Source: an uncultured Gammaproteobacteria bacterium
GTDB lineage: Bacteria > Patescibacteriota > Patescibacteriia > UBA9570 > XYC2-FULL-38-9
NCBI GenBank assembly: GCA_964492735.1
Contig: CAZBLE010000003.1
Location: 6,279-70,278 of the forward strand
Direction of reading: 5' to 3'
Length of the DNA stretch: 64,000 bases
This document shows, one piece after another, positions 62,701 to 64,000 of this stretch (position 1 is its first letter; the number at the start of each line of letters is the position of its first letter). Both the position numbers and the translations under genes were made by a program. The notes under the pieces were generated by a model, which was not told the origin of the DNA, made no database searches, and saw only the letters and a list, made by a program, of their open reading frames with translations.

Positions 62701-63063
62701 GCCCAAAAAGACTTCTTGCTCTTTCATTTCTTTTGATCGTTTGTTAACGAGTTTTGTATTTACGCGCAACGCTGCTTCGAATGTTAAATTCTTGGCTTTT
62801 GCTGTCACTTCATCAAAACGCGGTTCATCGAGGTAATAGTCGAGGAATTGCAACTCAAGATCACGATCAGAAAAATCGGTAATCGGAGTGATTTCATCAA
62901 ATAATTCTCGGAGACCCTTTTCAAGGAACCAATCATATGATGCCTTTTGTGATTCAATGAGATTTGGCATCTCAGTTTTTTCACGTTGGTCTGTAAAATA
63001 AAGGCGACCTGTCACCTCGTCTGTGTGGACGGCTGTGGTAGCCACTTGCGCTTGTTTGGGCAT
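59707..63063 (-). CDS. rpoB: DNA-directed RNA polymerase subunit beta
   Basis: 1118 aa. Conserved beta-subunit blocks throughout. Immediately upstream of rpoC. Confidence 0.97.
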   Translation of the reverse strand: MPKQAQVATTAVHTDEVTGRLYFTDQREKTEMPNLIESQKASYDWFLEKGLRELFDEITPITDFSDRDLELQFLDYYLDEPRFDEVTAKAKNLTFEAALRVNTKLVNKRSKEMKEQEVFLGDFPLMTDRGTFIINGIERVVVSQLIRSAGVFFTSNFLKGNFYYGAKIIPNRGAWLEVETNHDNVIYVKVDRKRKVAITALLRAFGYSSDEEIMELFKDVDTHPHNQYIAATLEKDTSRNEAEGLKEVYKRIRPGDLATVDNARSLIHAMFFNFDRYDFGRVGRYKLNKRFGFTDVENIPENRVLRREDIVAIISEIIRLNNSQEQPDDIDHLGNRRIRAVGELVQNKFRIGLSRMERIVKDRMSTKDVETLTPGVLINARPVIGAVKEFFMSSQLSQFMDQTNPLAELEHKRRLNAMGPGGLSRERAGFEVRDVHRTHYGRICPIETPEGPNIGLVGHMSSFARINDFGFLETPFRKVVKEADGRMRVTDDIVYLDSFEEEKSTTTAATTQIDADGYFLVEKAEVRHHMQPTIMDVTEIDYMDVSPKQIISISTALIPFLEHNDAVRALMGTNMQRQAVPTIKPQAPIVGTGVELRAAKDSGQVAVATEDGVVEHVQANKVTIKEKSGGYKEYHLKSFQRSNASTSINQKPIVSVGQKIKKGDILADGASTQGGELAIGQNVVVAYMPWEGGNYEDAILLSERLVQKDRYTSIHIEDYTIDVRDTKLGPEVITRDIPNVSEEKLKNLDENGIIRVGAQVGSGDILVGKITPKGETELSAEEKLLRAIFGDKAKDVKDSSLYLSHGEHGRVVDVKIFSKENGDKLQAGVMQTIQVSIAQLRKIQVGDKMAGRHGNKGVISRIVPVEDMPYLEDGTPVDIILNPLGVVSRMNLGQILEAHLGLAAQALGYTVATPAFAGIPAETIRQELEKAGFPREGRIPLFDGRNGERFDQLVMCGVSYMLKLNHMVEDKIHQRSIGPYSLVTQQPLGGKAQFGGQRFGEMEVWALQAYGAAYTLQEMLTIKSDDVPGRSKAYESIIKSEEIQMKNVPESFNVLVRELKGLALDVELLNDEGIAIEDHDQPKRVATPETANEYSEDEGIIRVERDPGDEEPSEDELK

Positions 63064-63336
63064 AGCGTAAACGTTTAATAATTTATTACTATAATAATGC
63101 AGCTGTCTGCATACGCATTTTCAGGCACTACAACAGGTGTTGTACACAATAATAGACACAAAAAGCCGATTTCCTGGTGGAAGTCGGTAGAATGTTGTCT
63201 ATATGTTATTGTGTGATATGCACGAGAAAACGTGTTGTTTCCGAGGAAAATGCCCTAATTTTGGAGCAATATTTACCTCGACAGCTGGATAAAAACAGTT
63301 ACCAGAGCATCAACTCGAATTCATGAAACCTGAATG

Positions 63337-63365
63337 ATTATACGCAATTTACTGATTCCTGTCAA
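63337..63365 (-). promoter_or_regulatory. consensus sigma70 promoter for rpoBC (TTGACA-17-TATAAT), ~265-nt leader
   Basis: Minus strand reads TTGACAggaatcagtaaattgcgTATAAT. A second TTGACA lies 21 nt further upstream. Confidence 0.6.
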
Positions 63366-63419
63366 CGCAAAACCTTGAATTTTGTCAAGAGACCACTATT
63401 TATCTAATTTTAGTCACTT

Positions 63420-63611
63420 TTATTGGCTTTGTGTATAAATATGCGGTGGATTTTTTACTGTTTTTCGCAGCTTGTACACAGGGTTATGCACAGCTGGGCA
63501 TAAGTCGTGTGGTGTATCGCATTTCAGTGGGCAGAATGTGTGGATTCTGCACAGTGGAACGCGATGGAGACGGCGAAACGTGCGTACAGGGCTGATGCCT
63601 GTGTGTTGCAT
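63420..63611 (-). CDS. 63-aa Cys/His-rich small ORF with strong SD (possible small metal-binding protein)
   Basis: GGAGGcggcaaacATG. Translation contains LCRIHTFCPLKCDTPHDLCP. Lies in the GC-enriched segment next to a truncated GC-rich gene. Could be spurious. Confidence 0.25.
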   Translation of the reverse strand: MQHTGISPVRTFRRLHRVPLCRIHTFCPLKCDTPHDLCPAVHNPVYKLRKTVKNPPHIYTQSQ

Positions 63612-63659
63612 GTTTGCCGCCTCCGAGTGGGTGGGGTCTGTTGAGAAGTTGTGTGCGAC

Positions 63660-64000
63660 CTACTTAGCCGCACGCTCCTCCTGCTGGAGCGCCAGCCGCT
63701 TGTACGCCAAAAGCTCCGTGGCCTCAGCAACCTTGGCCGCGTACCCGAAAGTGTTCGGGTAGTAGCCGCGGACCGAGATCCGACCGTCGGGGGTTACGAC
63801 ACAGAGGTTCATGTCGACGATGAACCCAACGGGCTCACCAACGAACTGACGCGACGTGTACGGTGACGTCCGCTTCTTCGGCAGAGCGCCCTTCTCAACC
63901 TTGTCCATGACGCGGAGGTTAGTCGGGTGCTGCTGCGCGTAGCGGCTGAAGACGCGCTGCAGGTCGTGCAGATCGTGGACACCAGAGTTCCTCCCCGACT
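63660..64000 (-). CDS. GC-rich hypothetical protein, 5'-truncated by the window edge
   Basis: The open frame runs to the window end without a stop (…SGRNSGVHDLHDLQRVFSRYAQQHPTNLRVMDKVEKGALPKK…EERAAK*). ~65 % GC. Confidence 0.4.
   Translation of the reverse strand, partial: SGRNSGVHDLHDLQRVFSRYAQQHPTNLRVMDKVEKGALPKKRTSPYTSRQFVGEPVGFIVDMNLCVVTPDGRISVRGYYPNTFGYAAKVAEATELLAYKRLALQQEERAAK

Overview
This 64-kb window reads as a bacterial chromosome segment with a backbone of roughly 42-50 % GC. Most of it is core housekeeping genes on both strands: gpmI, murD, trpS, rnj, secG, pcrA/uvrD, uvrC, uvrA, groES-groEL, recA, ftsK, guaA, a guaB-like gene, rpoC and rpoB. Several accessory features are embedded in this backbone. 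(i) A 1744-aa exported protein with near-identical ~267-nt tandem repeats, preceded by a tandem 17-bp promoter repeat. (ii) Two tandemly duplicated ECF-sigma/anti-sigma modules. (iii) A lysine-rich H1-like protein followed by two paralogous acidic, disordered proteins. (iv) A murD gene translationally coupled to a PP-loop ATPase gene, a candidate MurD2/MurL-type module. (v) At least five discrete GC-rich islets (~60-70 % GC, third codon positions strongly G/C) that each encode exported or membrane proteins and sit behind AT-rich, native-looking promoters. This pattern suggests repeated horizontal acquisition from a high-GC donor. No rRNA, tRNA or CRISPR array was recognised by eye. The organism cannot be named from this window, although the gene overlaps, the absence of rplKAJL upstream of rpoB and the low-complexity lineage-specific proteins would fit a reduced-genome lineage. 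Coordinates of terminators, promoters and small ORFs were read manually and may be off by a few nucleotides.
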